Below are positions 55,833-64,000 of a stretch of DNA of 64,000 nt, piece by piece. The DNA comes from Candidatus Zixiibacteriota bacterium (GTDB taxonomy: Bacteria; Zixibacteria; MSB-5A5; GN15; FEB-12), in NCBI GenBank assembly GCA_020346225.1, contig CP070777.1, positions 2,623,890 to 2,687,889 on the forward strand, in the 5' to 3' direction. The translations under genes were made by a program, and so were the position numbers. Position 1 is the first letter of the stretch, and each line of letters opens with the position of its first letter. The notes beneath the pieces were generated by a model. It had not been told where the DNA came from. It searched no databases and was given only the letters and a program-made list of their open reading frames with translations.

Positions 55833-56579
55833 TTACTGATTATCGGCCAGATTATATAATTGAGAGGATGGCTCTTTCATTGACAGTTCCATCGTCAGGA
55901 TGACCACGTCGACGCGACGGTTCTTGGCCCGGTTCTCGATGGAATTGTTCGGTCTGATGGGGCGGAATTCGCCGTATCCCAGGGCCGATATCTTGTCGGG
56001 AGGAATGCCGTGGTTTTCGATGAAATACCTCACGACCCGGGTGGCGCGGGCGGTCGAGAGTTCCCAGTTGGAGGGAAACAAAGGCGTGTTAATGGCCCGG
56101 TCATCGGTATGCCCTTCAATCCGGACGTGGTTGGGCAGGACTGCCACCTGCTGGTTGATGATATCCAGAATCTCGCGGGCTCTCGGCTCTATCTCGGCCG
56201 AGCCTTCTTTGAATAGAGCCGATTCCATGATATGCACCACCAGCCCGCGTTCGGTAATCTCGGTCTGAACCTGCTCCGGCCGCTGCACATTCTCGAACTT
56301 CTCTTCGATCTGTTTCTGGATCATGCTGAGTTCGCCGAGCTTCAAAAGACCATGCCCTTTAAGCACATCCTCGTCGTTGATATGCTCAAAAACGGTGTTG
56401 CCGCCTTTGAGCACACCGCTGAGAGCTTCGGCCATCTTACCGAAGCGCTTGGCGTCGATACGTGACATGGAATACATGACGATAAAAAAGGCCAGCAGCA
56501 GAGTAATCAGATCGGCGTACGTCAGCAGCCAGCGCTCAAGGTTCTCGTTACCTTCATTCTTCTTTCTTCTGCGGCGCAA
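55833..56579 (-). CDS. motB: flagellar stator protein MotB (OmpA-like)
   Basis: N-terminal TM with the conserved Asp (WLLTYADLITLLLAFF) and a C-terminal OmpA-like domain. Confidence 0.9.
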   Translation of the reverse strand: MRRRRKKNEGNENLERWLLTYADLITLLLAFFIVMYSMSRIDAKRFGKMAEALSGVLKGGNTVFEHINDEDVLKGHGLLKLGELSMIQKQIEEKFENVQRPEQVQTEITERGLVVHIMESALFKEGSAEIEPRAREILDIINQQVAVLPNHVRIEGHTDDRAINTPLFPSNWELSTARATRVVRYFIENHGIPPDKISALGYGEFRPIRPNNSIENRAKNRRVDVVILTMELSMKEPSSQLYNLADNQ

Positions 56580-56582
56580 AAT

Positions 56583-57347
56583 TTATACCTCTTGGCTTCG
56601 CATGCGAGGAGCGATAAAGGCCATCAGGCGGGTCCGGATGTTGCGCGGGTTCTCCCCTGACTGCAGCCAGATGACGCCTTCCATTATCAGCTCGAGATGG
56701 GCGATTTCTTCCTCGTGGCGCATCCGGAGTTTGTCGGAGACGGGCAAGAAGAAAAGGTTAGCCAGCCCGACTCCCCAGAGAGTGGCGATGAATGCGGCGG
56801 CGATGGCCGCGGCCATCTTCGACGCGTCCTGCGTGTTGCTGAGAGTGTGTATCAGGCCCAGTACCGTGCCGAGAATACCCATGGTCGGCGAGAAACCACC
56901 CGCCTTCTGAAAGAAGATGATTCCTTTCTTGTGGCGCTCCTCGATGTACGCTATCTCCGTCTCCAGAATCTCCCGGAGAGCCGTGACTTCCGTTCCGTCG
57001 ATAACCAGCTGAACGGCCTTTTTGAAGAACGGATCGGGCAGATACCTCAGCTTAGACTCCAGGCCGAGGATGCCCTCGCGTCTGGCTTTCTCGGACAACC
57101 GCACGAGGGCGTTGATGGTCTTGTTGAAATCCCTGGACTTGCCGGAGAAGGCCAGCTTCAGAAAAGTCGGCACCCTGATAACAGTATCCATAGAGGTCGT
57201 GACGGTGGTCGCTCCGAGCGTTCCGCCGATCACGATCAGCATGGGAGCCAGCAGAAAAACCGAGCTAAGATGGCCGCCCTCGAGCACAAAGGAGCCTCCG
57301 ATAGCGCCCACTGCCACAATCAAGCCGATTATAGTCGCAAAATCCAT
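56583..57347 (-). CDS. motA: flagellar stator protein MotA
   Basis: 254 aa, four TM segments, MotA/TolQ/ExbB motif (PTMGILGTVLGLI...ALVATLWGV-like). Confidence 0.9.
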   Translation of the reverse strand: MDFATIIGLIVAVGAIGGSFVLEGGHLSSVFLLAPMLIVIGGTLGATTVTTSMDTVIRVPTFLKLAFSGKSRDFNKTINALVRLSEKARREGILGLESKLRYLPDPFFKKAVQLVIDGTEVTALREILETEIAYIEERHKKGIIFFQKAGGFSPTMGILGTVLGLIHTLSNTQDASKMAAAIAAAFIATLWGVGLANLFFLPVSDKLRMRHEEEIAHLELIMEGVIWLQSGENPRNIRTRLMAFIAPRMRSQEV

Positions 57348-57422
57348 TCTCTAACACAGCCAGCGATAGGTAGATTTCTGCGGATCAAAACTGCGTCAGG
57401 CAGTTCTGCCCTTTCTCCCCTG

Positions 57423-57450
57423 TTATCGGCACAAAATCAGGATATTAAAG
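57423..57450 (-). promoter_or_regulatory. possible sigma28 promoter of motAB
   Basis: Perfect -10 GCCGATAA. The -35 is imperfect (TTAA/TTTA at N14-N15). Confidence 0.4.
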
Positions 57451-57501
57451 GGAAAGAAGCCGCAAAACGCCCCGTCGGTCCGGTCCGGGCCGCCCGGCGA
57501 A

Positions 57502-58869
57502 TCACTTTTCCAGCAGATTATATTCGGCCAGCTTGTTGCGGATAGTCCGGGTGGTGATGCCCAGAGCTTCCGCGGCCTTGGTCTTGTTGCCGTTGTATTT
57601 CTCGAGCGTTTTGAGAATCAGGTACTTGTTGCCCTCTTCCAGCTTCATAGGGATTTTCAGGCCCGGCACATCATCGGCCGCCGGTCCCAGGGCCAGGTCG
57701 GCGGGAAAATCATCCTCGGCCAGCATGGCCCGCTTGGTGGTGACAACGGCCCGCTCGATCAGGTTTTCCAGCTCACGGACATTGCCGGGCCAGTGATACC
57801 GAGTGAGCAGGCTCAGGGCGCTCTGTTCGATCCCTTCGACCTGTTTGTTGTTCTCCCGATTGTATTTGTCGATAAAGTGACGCACCAGTAAAGGAATATC
57901 CTCGACCTTCTCGTTAAGGGGACACAGGTGAATGGGAATCACGTTGAGACGGTAAAAGAGATCTTCACGAAACCGCTTGGCGGCTATGTATTCTTTCAGG
58001 TTGCGGTTGGAGGTGGCGATAATACGAACATCGACCGAAATCGTGCTGCTGGAACCGACCCGCTCGAACTCCCGCTCCTGGAGCACCCTCAGTAGCTTTG
58101 ACTGAAGGTTCAACGGCATTTCCGAGATTTCATCCAAAAGCAGGGTGCCGCCGTCGGCCAGTTCGAACCGCCCCCGGTTGGTCTTCTTGGCGTCGGTGAA
58201 AGCCCCCTTCTCGTAACCGAACAACTCCGCCTCGACCAGATTCTCCGGCAGCGCGGCACAGTTGAGCTTTATGAAGGGACCGCCCTTGCGATCGGAAGCA
58301 TAGTGAATGGCGCGGGCCACCAACTCTTTTCCGGTTCCGGAGGCGCCCGTAATCATCACCGTCGAGCGGGCCTCGGCCACCGACGAAATCAGGTCGAACA
58401 CTTCCTTCATGGCCTTGGATTTGCCGATGATATTCTGGAACCGGTGGGCCAGGTCCTTGCGCATGATTTCGTTCTCGGACTTGAGCCGCAGCATTTCGGT
58501 GACCCGCTTGAGAATATGCTCGATGGTCTCCGGATGAAGCGGTTTTAGCAGGAAATCATAAGCGCCCAGTTTAATGGCCCGTACGGCGGTTTCGATGGTG
58601 CCGTAAGCCGTCATTATTATGTACACGATGTCGGGATACAGGTCGCGGGCATGTTTCAAAAGGGCGATGCCGTCAATCTCTTTCATCTTCAGGTCGGCCA
58701 GGACAATGTCGAACTGCTGCCGCTTCAGCAGGGTCAGACCCTCTTCGCCCGAGAAGACAGCCTCACAGGTATAACCACAGCGCCGCAACGTCGCCACCAC
58801 GAATTCGTTGACCAGCTTATCATCATCAACAACCAGAACTGAATACTTCATAGTGATTACTCCGGACAC
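57502..58869 (-). CDS. sigma54-dependent response regulator (REC-AAA+-Fis HTH; FleR/FlrC/FlgR-like)
   Basis: REC (VLVVDDD...VLADLKM), AAA+ (GASGTGKE, ESELFGYEKGAFTDA loop, RVLQEREFERVG), C-terminal HTH (AAEALGITTRTIRNKL). Confidence 0.9.
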   Translation of the reverse strand: MSGVITMKYSVLVVDDDKLVNEFVVATLRRCGYTCEAVFSGEEGLTLLKRQQFDIVLADLKMKEIDGIALLKHARDLYPDIVYIIMTAYGTIETAVRAIKLGAYDFLLKPLHPETIEHILKRVTEMLRLKSENEIMRKDLAHRFQNIIGKSKAMKEVFDLISSVAEARSTVMITGASGTGKELVARAIHYASDRKGGPFIKLNCAALPENLVEAELFGYEKGAFTDAKKTNRGRFELADGGTLLLDEISEMPLNLQSKLLRVLQEREFERVGSSSTISVDVRIIATSNRNLKEYIAAKRFREDLFYRLNVIPIHLCPLNEKVEDIPLLVRHFIDKYNRENNKQVEGIEQSALSLLTRYHWPGNVRELENLIERAVVTTKRAMLAEDDFPADLALGPAADDVPGLKIPMKLEEGNKYLILKTLEKYNGNKTKAAEALGITTRTIRNKLAEYNLLEK

Positions 58870-60194
58870 CCGCCGCCTACCGGCACGGGCATCAACAGAC
58901 GGAAAGTTGCTCCTTTTTGATCTTTGTTGTCTTCCGCGATTATCTCCCCGCCGTGCGCTTTCATGATTTTCCAGGCGATAGCCAGGCCCAGGCCGTTGCC
59001 CCCCTGCTTGGTGCTGAAGAACGGCGAAAAGATGCGATCGAGCTGACCGGCCTCGAACCCGCAGCCGTTGTCCGAGATGGTTACCTCCACCACCGTCTCG
59101 CGTATTCCCAGCAGCATGCGGTCGTTGTACTTGGCCACGGCCGTCTGACGCGGCAGTTGCCGGCTCCGCATTTCGATTTCTCCCCAGCCGTCGCAGGCTT
59201 CGACCGCGTTTGACAGGATGTTAACAATGACCTGGCGAAACAGCATCTTGTCTACACACACCCGGGTCGATTCCGCGCCCGGGCGCGCCGTCGGTCGGTA
59301 GTCTATGGTCATGTTCTCCAGCCGCGATTCGTGGTCGAGCCGGAACTGCTCCACTGTCCCCTTCACGTATTCCTCGAGGTCCACCTCGGTCTTGTTTACC
59401 TCCTCAAAACGACTGTAACTGAGCAGTGTCTCGACCGTTTCATTGAGGCTGTCGACGCCTCTGGTTATCTTCTCGACCAGCTCACGGCGCGGATCGTTGT
59501 CATCGAGATCCCGCAGCAACAGGGCCGCGAAGCCGCCGATTCCCGACAGCGGATTTCTGACCTCGTGGGCGACGGTGGCGGCCATCTCGCCCAGGGCCGC
59601 CAGCGTGTTGAGACGGGCTATTTCCTGCTCCATCTTCTTGAACTTGGTCAGGTCCTGGAAAACTTCCACGGCGCCGGTGGGCCGGCCGTCGCTGTCACGC
59701 AGGACGGCCGTCGAAACGGAAACCTGCAGGCTGCCCCCGTCGGGCAATTCGATCTGCTTTTCCACCGAATCCACTTCCCGCCCGGACTCAGCGGCTCTCA
59801 CGGCGTTGGCCGCTACCGGCGTTCCCGGCGGGATGATGTCGCGATAGGGCTTGCCGAGGGGTTCCCCGACCGGAATCCCGAGAATAATGGAAGCGGCCGG
59901 ATTGAAGTGCGTAATCCTGCCGTTGAGGTCAATGGCAATGACCCCGGCCGAAATCGAATTGAGAATCCCTTTCAGAAACTCGGTCGCGGCGATGTTCTTC
60001 CTGGTAAGCGCCACCAACTTCTGGTTGGCCTGAACGAGTTCCTCGTTCTGGGCGCCGAATTCTTCCTTGAGCTCAATGTACTTTCTCTGAAGGGAGTTGA
60101 CGATTCGGCTGAAGGAGGCATAGGAATCAGCAAACCTCGATACTTCGGTCACCGCGCTGCCGGGCTCGTCGGCGAATTTGCTCTTCTCGTCCAT
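58857..60194 (-). CDS. PAS sensor histidine kinase (FleS/FlgS-like)
   Basis: PAS region, H-box [12 protein letters not shown]-box [10 protein letters not shown]-boxes DNGCGF and [12 protein letters not shown] at 60194 is preferred to the track GTG at 60212. Overlaps the regulator gene by 13 nt. Confidence 0.85.
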   Translation of the reverse strand: MDEKSKFADEPGSAVTEVSRFADSYASFSRIVNSLQRKYIELKEEFGAQNEELVQANQKLVALTRKNIAATEFLKGILNSISAGVIAIDLNGRITHFNPAASIILGIPVGEPLGKPYRDIIPPGTPVAANAVRAAESGREVDSVEKQIELPDGGSLQVSVSTAVLRDSDGRPTGAVEVFQDLTKFKKMEQEIARLNTLAALGEMAATVAHEVRNPLSGIGGFAALLLRDLDDNDPRRELVEKITRGVDSLNETVETLLSYSRFEEVNKTEVDLEEYVKGTVEQFRLDHESRLENMTIDYRPTARPGAESTRVCVDKMLFRQVIVNILSNAVEACDGWGEIEMRSRQLPRQTAVAKYNDRMLLGIRETVVEVTISDNGCGFEAGQLDRIFSPFFSTKQGGNGLGLAIAWKIMKAHGGEIIAEDNKDQKGATFRLLMPVPVGGGCPE

Positions 60195-60223
60195 AACTTT
60201 ACGCGCTCCCACTACTGCGGTAG

Positions 60224-60253
60224 ATTATAAAGCCCGTCCATACAGTTCAACAA
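60224..60253 (-). promoter_or_regulatory. possible sigma70 promoter of the HK/EBP operon
   Basis: Perfect TATAAT at 60224-60229 (minus). The -35 is either TTGAAC (N15) or TTGTTG (N18), so spacing is suboptimal. Confidence 0.4.
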
Positions 60254-60279
60254 AAACTTTCCCGGTCTCGCCAGACCGG
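60252..60279 (-). terminator. terminator candidate after the receiver genes
   Basis: Minus strand CCGGTCT-GGCG-AGACCGG, then GAAAG, then TTTTTG. Confidence 0.4.
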
Positions 60280-60392
60280 TCGCCGCCGGCCGATTTGCGG
60301 ACCGGTCCGCGTAAAGCGAGGTGTCCCATGGTCCCCGTGACGGGGTGGCTCGATAAGACTGTCCGGTATAAAACAGGAAGAGTCTAAGCTGC

Positions 60393-60869
60393 TCAGGCGT
60401 GAGAACCTACCGGCCGCTCACGCAATTCTTCTTCCATGAGCTGCTTGACCCTGTCGAGATTTCTTCTCACGTAGCCGTAGACTTTTTTGAGTTCGTGCTG
60501 CTTGAAGGCTCGTTCCACCACTTCGCTCATCTCGAACAGGTCCAGCGGCTTCGGAACCACATCGCTGGCTCCCCGCCGATACGCATCGATGACCAGTTCG
60601 ATAAGTGGATAACTTGTTATCAGGATCACACAGGCTGAGGCGTCGGCCCTGATGAGCTGGTCCAGAATCTCCGGGTGCTCACCGGCGCTCAGATGATAAT
60701 CGAGAATAATGACCCCGCAACCTTTGTCGAGGGCTTGCGCAACGATCTCCGAGCGTACCTTTACCCCCCAGACCTCGTAGCCGACTTGCCGGAAGTATTC
60801 AACGAGAGTATCACAGATGGCGCTGTCTTTTTCGGCGATCAGTAATTTGCCCGTGTGCTGGACCGACAT
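60393..60869 (-). CDS. receiver-domain protein with ~35-aa C-terminal helical tail
   Basis: REC fold (LLIAEKD, ILDYHL, ILITSY, VVPKPL). The first acidic pair is degenerate (EKD). Confidence 0.8.
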   Translation of the reverse strand: MSVQHTGKLLIAEKDSAICDTLVEYFRQVGYEVWGVKVRSEIVAQALDKGCGVIILDYHLSAGEHPEILDQLIRADASACVILITSYPLIELVIDAYRRGASDVVPKPLDLFEMSEVVERAFKQHELKKVYGYVRRNLDRVKQLMEEELRERPVGSHA

Positions 60870-61252
60870 TAGTGCCCTTCACCCCTTTTTTCGCTTATCT
60901 TCTCTTCTACCGACTTGTAGAGCTGATTGATATTGAACGGCTTGATGATGTAGTCGGCCACTTTCTGGCGCAGCGCCGAAACGGCGGAGTCGACCGACGG
61001 GTAACCGGTCATAATCACCACCGGCATGTCGGGGTAAGATGCCCTGACCCGGTCGGTCAGGGCCAGGCCGTCCATATCCGGCATCTTCAGATCCGTCAGG
61101 AGGAGATCGACTTCCTTGTTCCGCAGGATCTCCAGCGCCTTTTCACCGCTCTCGGCGATGGTTATGTCCCAGCCCTGCTCCGTGAAGAAATCATAAAGAA
61201 GGTCGCGTATAAGCAGCTCGTCGTCGACCACAAGAATTGAACGCTGTTCCAT
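60869..61252 (-). CDS. single-domain CheY-like response regulator
   Basis: ILVVDDE, LLLTDLKMPDMDG, VVIMTGY, DYIIKPF. The stop overlaps the next start (TAATG). Confidence 0.85.
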   Translation of the reverse strand: MEQRSILVVDDELLIRDLLYDFFTEQGWDITIAESGEKALEILRNKEVDLLLTDLKMPDMDGLALTDRVRASYPDMPVVIMTGYPSVDSAVSALRQKVADYIIKPFNINQLYKSVEEKISEKRGEGH

Positions 61253-61316
61253 GTCGCCTAATCCCGTATGCCGTTTCGTCAGTAACCGCGCCTCCGTGCC
61301 GGCGCAAAATCTTTCA

Positions 61317-61667
61317 TCAGTCCGTGGTGACCGAATCGTAGGACTTCAGCGCCTCGGACTCGGTCGGAAATATTTCGAAAATGTGCGACAATTGCGTAAT
61401 TTCGAATATTTCCTGAACGTAACTCGCCAGGTTGGAAAGGGTGAGGCGGCCTTTACGCAGCCGCGCTTCTTTCATTATCGAGACCAGAACGCCCAGTCCC
61501 GAACTGTTGATAAAATCAACGTGAGACAGATTCAGGTGCAAAAGACTCTTCTCCCTGCTCAGAAGGTCCTTTACCTGATCCTTAAGTCCGCTTCCGCTGG
61601 CGAGGTCCAGTCGCCCCTTAAGGGTCAGGACAACAACTCCTCCCTCCTCTCTCAGTTCAATCTCCAT
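61317..61667 (-). CDS. STAS-domain anti-sigma-factor antagonist
   Basis: 116 aa. VVVLTLKGRLD..., DLSHVDFINSSGLGVLV with the conserved Ser context. Confidence 0.85.
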   Translation of the reverse strand: MEIELREEGGVVVLTLKGRLDLASGSGLKDQVKDLLSREKSLLHLNLSHVDFINSSGLGVLVSIMKEARLRKGRLTLSNLASYVQEIFEITQLSHIFEIFPTESEALKSYDSVTTD

Positions 61668-62121
61668 GATCTCCTCCGTGAGGACGCGCTACCGCCTTAT
61701 TGTATTTTCTTCTCGTGCGAGCAAACTTGATAGATACCTTCAGGCCGCCCTTTTCCGTTTCCTCAAACTGGACCGAATCGGCGTAGTGCGCGATGATCTC
61801 CAGACCGCGACCGCCTTCGTCCATCAGGCAGGATGGCCTCTTTCTCTTTACTCTGTCCAACCCTCCCCGTCCTTCGTCAATAATATCGGCAACGATTTCC
61901 GTTTTGTTTACGCTTACCGCGACATTTACCTGTTTTTCCGGGTCGAGCCGGTTGCCGTGCCTGAGGGCGTTGGTGAATGCCTCCGAAACGACTATCATGA
62001 AACTGTGTTTCAAAAGGCCCGCCACGGCGTTCCGATCCAAAACCGTCCGCACGTCTTTCAGCATCTGATCCTCGGATTCCAGTACCGAGGGATATGTGAA
62101 TTCGTGAGTTTTCACGGTCAC
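61657..62121 (-). CDS. RsbW/SpoIIAB-like anti-sigma Ser kinase
   Basis: N-box SEAFTNALRHGN and G-box GGRGLEIIAHYAD. GTG at 62121 overlaps the upstream TGA (GTGA) and is preferred to the track start at 62172. Confidence 0.8.
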   Translation of the reverse strand: MTVKTHEFTYPSVLESEDQMLKDVRTVLDRNAVAGLLKHSFMIVVSEAFTNALRHGNRLDPEKQVNVAVSVNKTEIVADIIDEGRGGLDRVKRKRPSCLMDEGGRGLEIIAHYADSVQFEETEKGGLKVSIKFARTRRKYNKAVARPHGGDHGD

Positions 62122-63410
62122 AGCGCCTTTACCTGCAGGACGGTGAAGTCGTCGATGGTATCCTCCTGACAACCCTCGGTGAATCGGTCGACCCGTTCCT
62201 TTATCTTCAGGCAGAAGTCCTTCGGAGACAGTGCGATCTCTTGTACGAAAATTTCCCGGACCCGGTTGCGCCCGAACAGCTGACCGTCGCGATCCGCCGC
62301 CTCCGTCAAACCGTCCGTCAGCAGAAGGAGCCGATCGCCGCTTGCGAACGAGCGCCGACCCTGCTTGAACGTTGTCCCCGGAAACTGACCGATAAGGGGT
62401 CCGCCCTCGGTCAGCTCGACCGCCTGCCCCTGCCGACTGTCCCAGAAGAGTCCCGGAATATGACCGGCGTTGCAGTAGGTGAGTGTCCGGTCGGCAAAAT
62501 CGAACCTGCCGAAGAACAGAGTAACGAACATCTCGCGATCCTTGATAATCTCACTGGCCAGCATCTCATTCGTTTTGGCCGCCAATTCCGACACCCTTAT
62601 CCCCGGCTGCGCAACGATGGCCGACTTTATTATACCCACCGCCGCCGACATCACCAGGGCCGCCGGTACCCCCTTGTTGGAGACGTCACCCACTATGACA
62701 ACGCACTGGTGCTCATCAATGTTCACTACATCGTAGAAGTCGCCTCCGACATCGCGGGCCGGAGAATAGATCGCGCCTATGTCGGCGCCCTCGATGCTGT
62801 CGATGTTGCCGGGAAGTATCGTCTCCTGGACCTGACGGGCGATCATCATCTCTTGCTCGACTTTCTGCTGCTGTAACTTCTCTTTGACCAGTATCGAGTT
62901 GTCAATGGCGACTGCCACGAAATTCATGAGCATCTCAAGAATCTCCTGGTCCTCCTGCGCGTAATAGCCCCCGTCGGTCTTATTGAAAATGATCACCGTA
63001 CCGAAACATCGTGAGGCCGTTTTGATCGGCACACAGATGACGGAGCTTATTTTGAGGCACTCCTGAACGCTGCAGCGCGGGTCATTCAGTATCACCGACT
63101 GCTGTGTTTCGAAACAGTAGGTGGCGATATCCTGCCCGTTGCGGTATTTTATCGTCTTGACCAATTCACCCTGAACGCCCCATGAAAGACTGGCCTCCAG
63201 GCCGCCGTCTTTCTTCATCAGCATGGCCCCGACCTCGCCGTTGACCAGGCGCACCGACATCTCCATGGCCACCGACAGCACCGCCTCGATCTCGTGGATG
63301 GAAGTAACCACGGCTCCCATCGTCGCCAGATCGCGCAGGTCGGCTCTTCTGGCCTCCAGCTTTGATTCCAGGTCGTGCATCAAATCGACGGTCTTGGTAG
63401 AGGACGTCAT
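62118..63410 (-). CDS. GAF-domain PP2C/SpoIIE phosphatase (RsbU/RsbP-like)
   Basis: GAF-like N-half. SpoIIE motifs ARQVQETILP, GGDFYDV, LLTDGLTEA. ATG at 63410 with AAGG SD is preferred to the track TTG at 63461. Confidence 0.85.
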   Translation of the reverse strand: MTSSTKTVDLMHDLESKLEARRADLRDLATMGAVVTSIHEIEAVLSVAMEMSVRLVNGEVGAMLMKKDGGLEASLSWGVQGELVKTIKYRNGQDIATYCFETQQSVILNDPRCSVQECLKISSVICVPIKTASRCFGTVIIFNKTDGGYYAQEDQEILEMLMNFVAVAIDNSILVKEKLQQQKVEQEMMIARQVQETILPGNIDSIEGADIGAIYSPARDVGGDFYDVVNIDEHQCVVIVGDVSNKGVPAALVMSAAVGIIKSAIVAQPGIRVSELAAKTNEMLASEIIKDREMFVTLFFGRFDFADRTLTYCNAGHIPGLFWDSRQGQAVELTEGGPLIGQFPGTTFKQGRRSFASGDRLLLLTDGLTEAADRDGQLFGRNRVREIFVQEIALSPKDFCLKIKERVDRFTEGCQEDTIDDFTVLQVKAL

Positions 63411-63519
63411 ACTACCTTGTATCGACAGCCCGGCCGGATTACTGAATCGCAAGAGCCACAATCAGAAAGGAGTCGCCCCGCCTGGCCCGGTTCCGGCGCG
63501 ATTAATCGCCGGTCAGCAG

Positions 63520-64000
63520 CTACTTCTTGCGGAATTTGAGCCTGATTGGTACCCCCTCGAAGCCAAACTCGGCCCGGAGCCGATTGGACAGGTAGCTTAT
63601 ATATGATTTGTCTACAAGCTCCGGATAATTGCAGAAGAAGACGAACGTCGGCGGCGCCGTTTCGGACTGGGTTACGTAGTTCAGCTTTATATACTTGCCT
63701 TTGCGGGCCGGCGGGTGCTTGCGCGAAACGGCCGTTTTCAAAAACCGGTTGAGCTCGGCCGTCTCTATGCGGCGTCGGTTTTCCTCATCAACCTTGCTCA
63801 CCATCGACATTACCTTTGTCACCCGTTGACCGGTCAGGGCCGAGATATATACGACCGGCACGTGAGCGTGACGGGCAATAGCCGCCTTGAGTTCACGCGT
63901 AAAATCGTCCGCGGTCTTGGTGTCCTTCTCCACCAGGTCCCATTTGTTCACGGCCAGAATTGCCGGCCGGCGGACGGAGGCCACCTTGTCGAGTATGCGC
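63520..64000 (-). CDS. der: GTPase Der/EngA, C-terminal part (gene continues past the right edge)
   Basis: NKWD G4 motif and KH-like C-terminal domain (YVTQ...PPTFVFF.N, ...IRLKFRKK). The frame stays open to position 64000. Confidence 0.8.
   Translation of the reverse strand, partial: RILDKVASVRRPAILAVNKWDLVEKDTKTADDFTRELKAAIARHAHVPVVYISALTGQRVTKVMSMVSKVDEENRRRIETAELNRFLKTAVSRKHPPARKGKYIKLNYVTQSETAPPTFVFFCNYPELVDKSYISYLSNRLRAEFGFEGVPIRLKFRKK

Noticed and set aside
60311-60330. sigma54-like TGGGAC...GCTTT upstream of the histidine kinase
   Set aside because: The GG-N10-GC spacing fails in every register.
1-64000. CRISPR arrays, IS/transposase, integrase, prophage or known defence-system genes
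   Set aside because: No direct-repeat/spacer periodicity, no terminal inverted repeats, and no nuclease, helicase or recombinase-like ORFs were seen on either strand.

Overview
Moderately GC-rich bacterial chromosomal segment from a diderm organism (flagellar L and P rings, OmpA-type MotB). I cannot assign a phylum; the T9SS-like C-terminal sorting domain and PEP-CTERM-type EPS genes suggest an uncultivated FCB-like lineage, but that is a guess. Every credible gene (about 60 CDS plus one tRNA) is on the minus strand, and all long plus-strand ORFs look like antisense shadows.

Gene order along the minus strand, from 64000 down:
- der (partial)
- GAF-PP2C / RsbW-like kinase / STAS partner-switching module, followed by two single-domain receivers
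- PAS histidine kinase plus a sigma54 enhancer-binding response regulator
- motAB
- flgB-flgC-orf110-fliE-fliF-fliG-fliH-fliI-fliJ
- flgF-flgG-flgA-flgH-flgI-flgJ
- flgN-flgK-csrA-flgL-fliW, followed by two TPR-glycosyltransferases
- a 721-aa flagellin
- fliD-fliS-flgN-like-flgM-HDOD
- tRNA-Val
- thrS-infC-rpmI-rplT-pheS-pheT
- zapB-like and zapA
- rny-ymdB-folD
- a 1267-aa surface protein with a T9SS-like C-terminal domain, coupled to a PorV-like barrel-TPR fusion
- RsbW-HAMP-PP2C fusion / STAS / GGDEF cyclase
- an EPS export block (Wza-like, Wzz-like, TPR, BY-kinase, deacetylase)

Promoters can be read directly from the sequence. Sigma54 sites lie upstream of flgB and flgF, each with a GGAA-AT-rich-TTTC element about 90-100 nt upstream. 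Sigma28 sites lie upstream of flgN/flgK, fliC and (weaker) motA. Near-consensus sigma70 sites lie upstream of tRNA-Val and the GGDEF gene.

Most unusual observations:
- An A10 run with a dnaX-type A_AAA_AAG slippery heptamer at the end of a STAS gene opens a 95-codon coding-like -1 frame that fills an apparent intergenic gap.
- Two sigma-factor-less partner-switching modules bracket the flagellar regulon. One resembles the Pseudomonas HsbR-HsbA-HsbD arrangement.
- The fliC leader carries CsrA-type GGA hairpins, alongside fliW, a tailed csrA and TPR-glycosyltransferases.
- An orphan ORF is inserted between flgC and fliE.

No CRISPR array, mobile element or recognisable defence system was seen.
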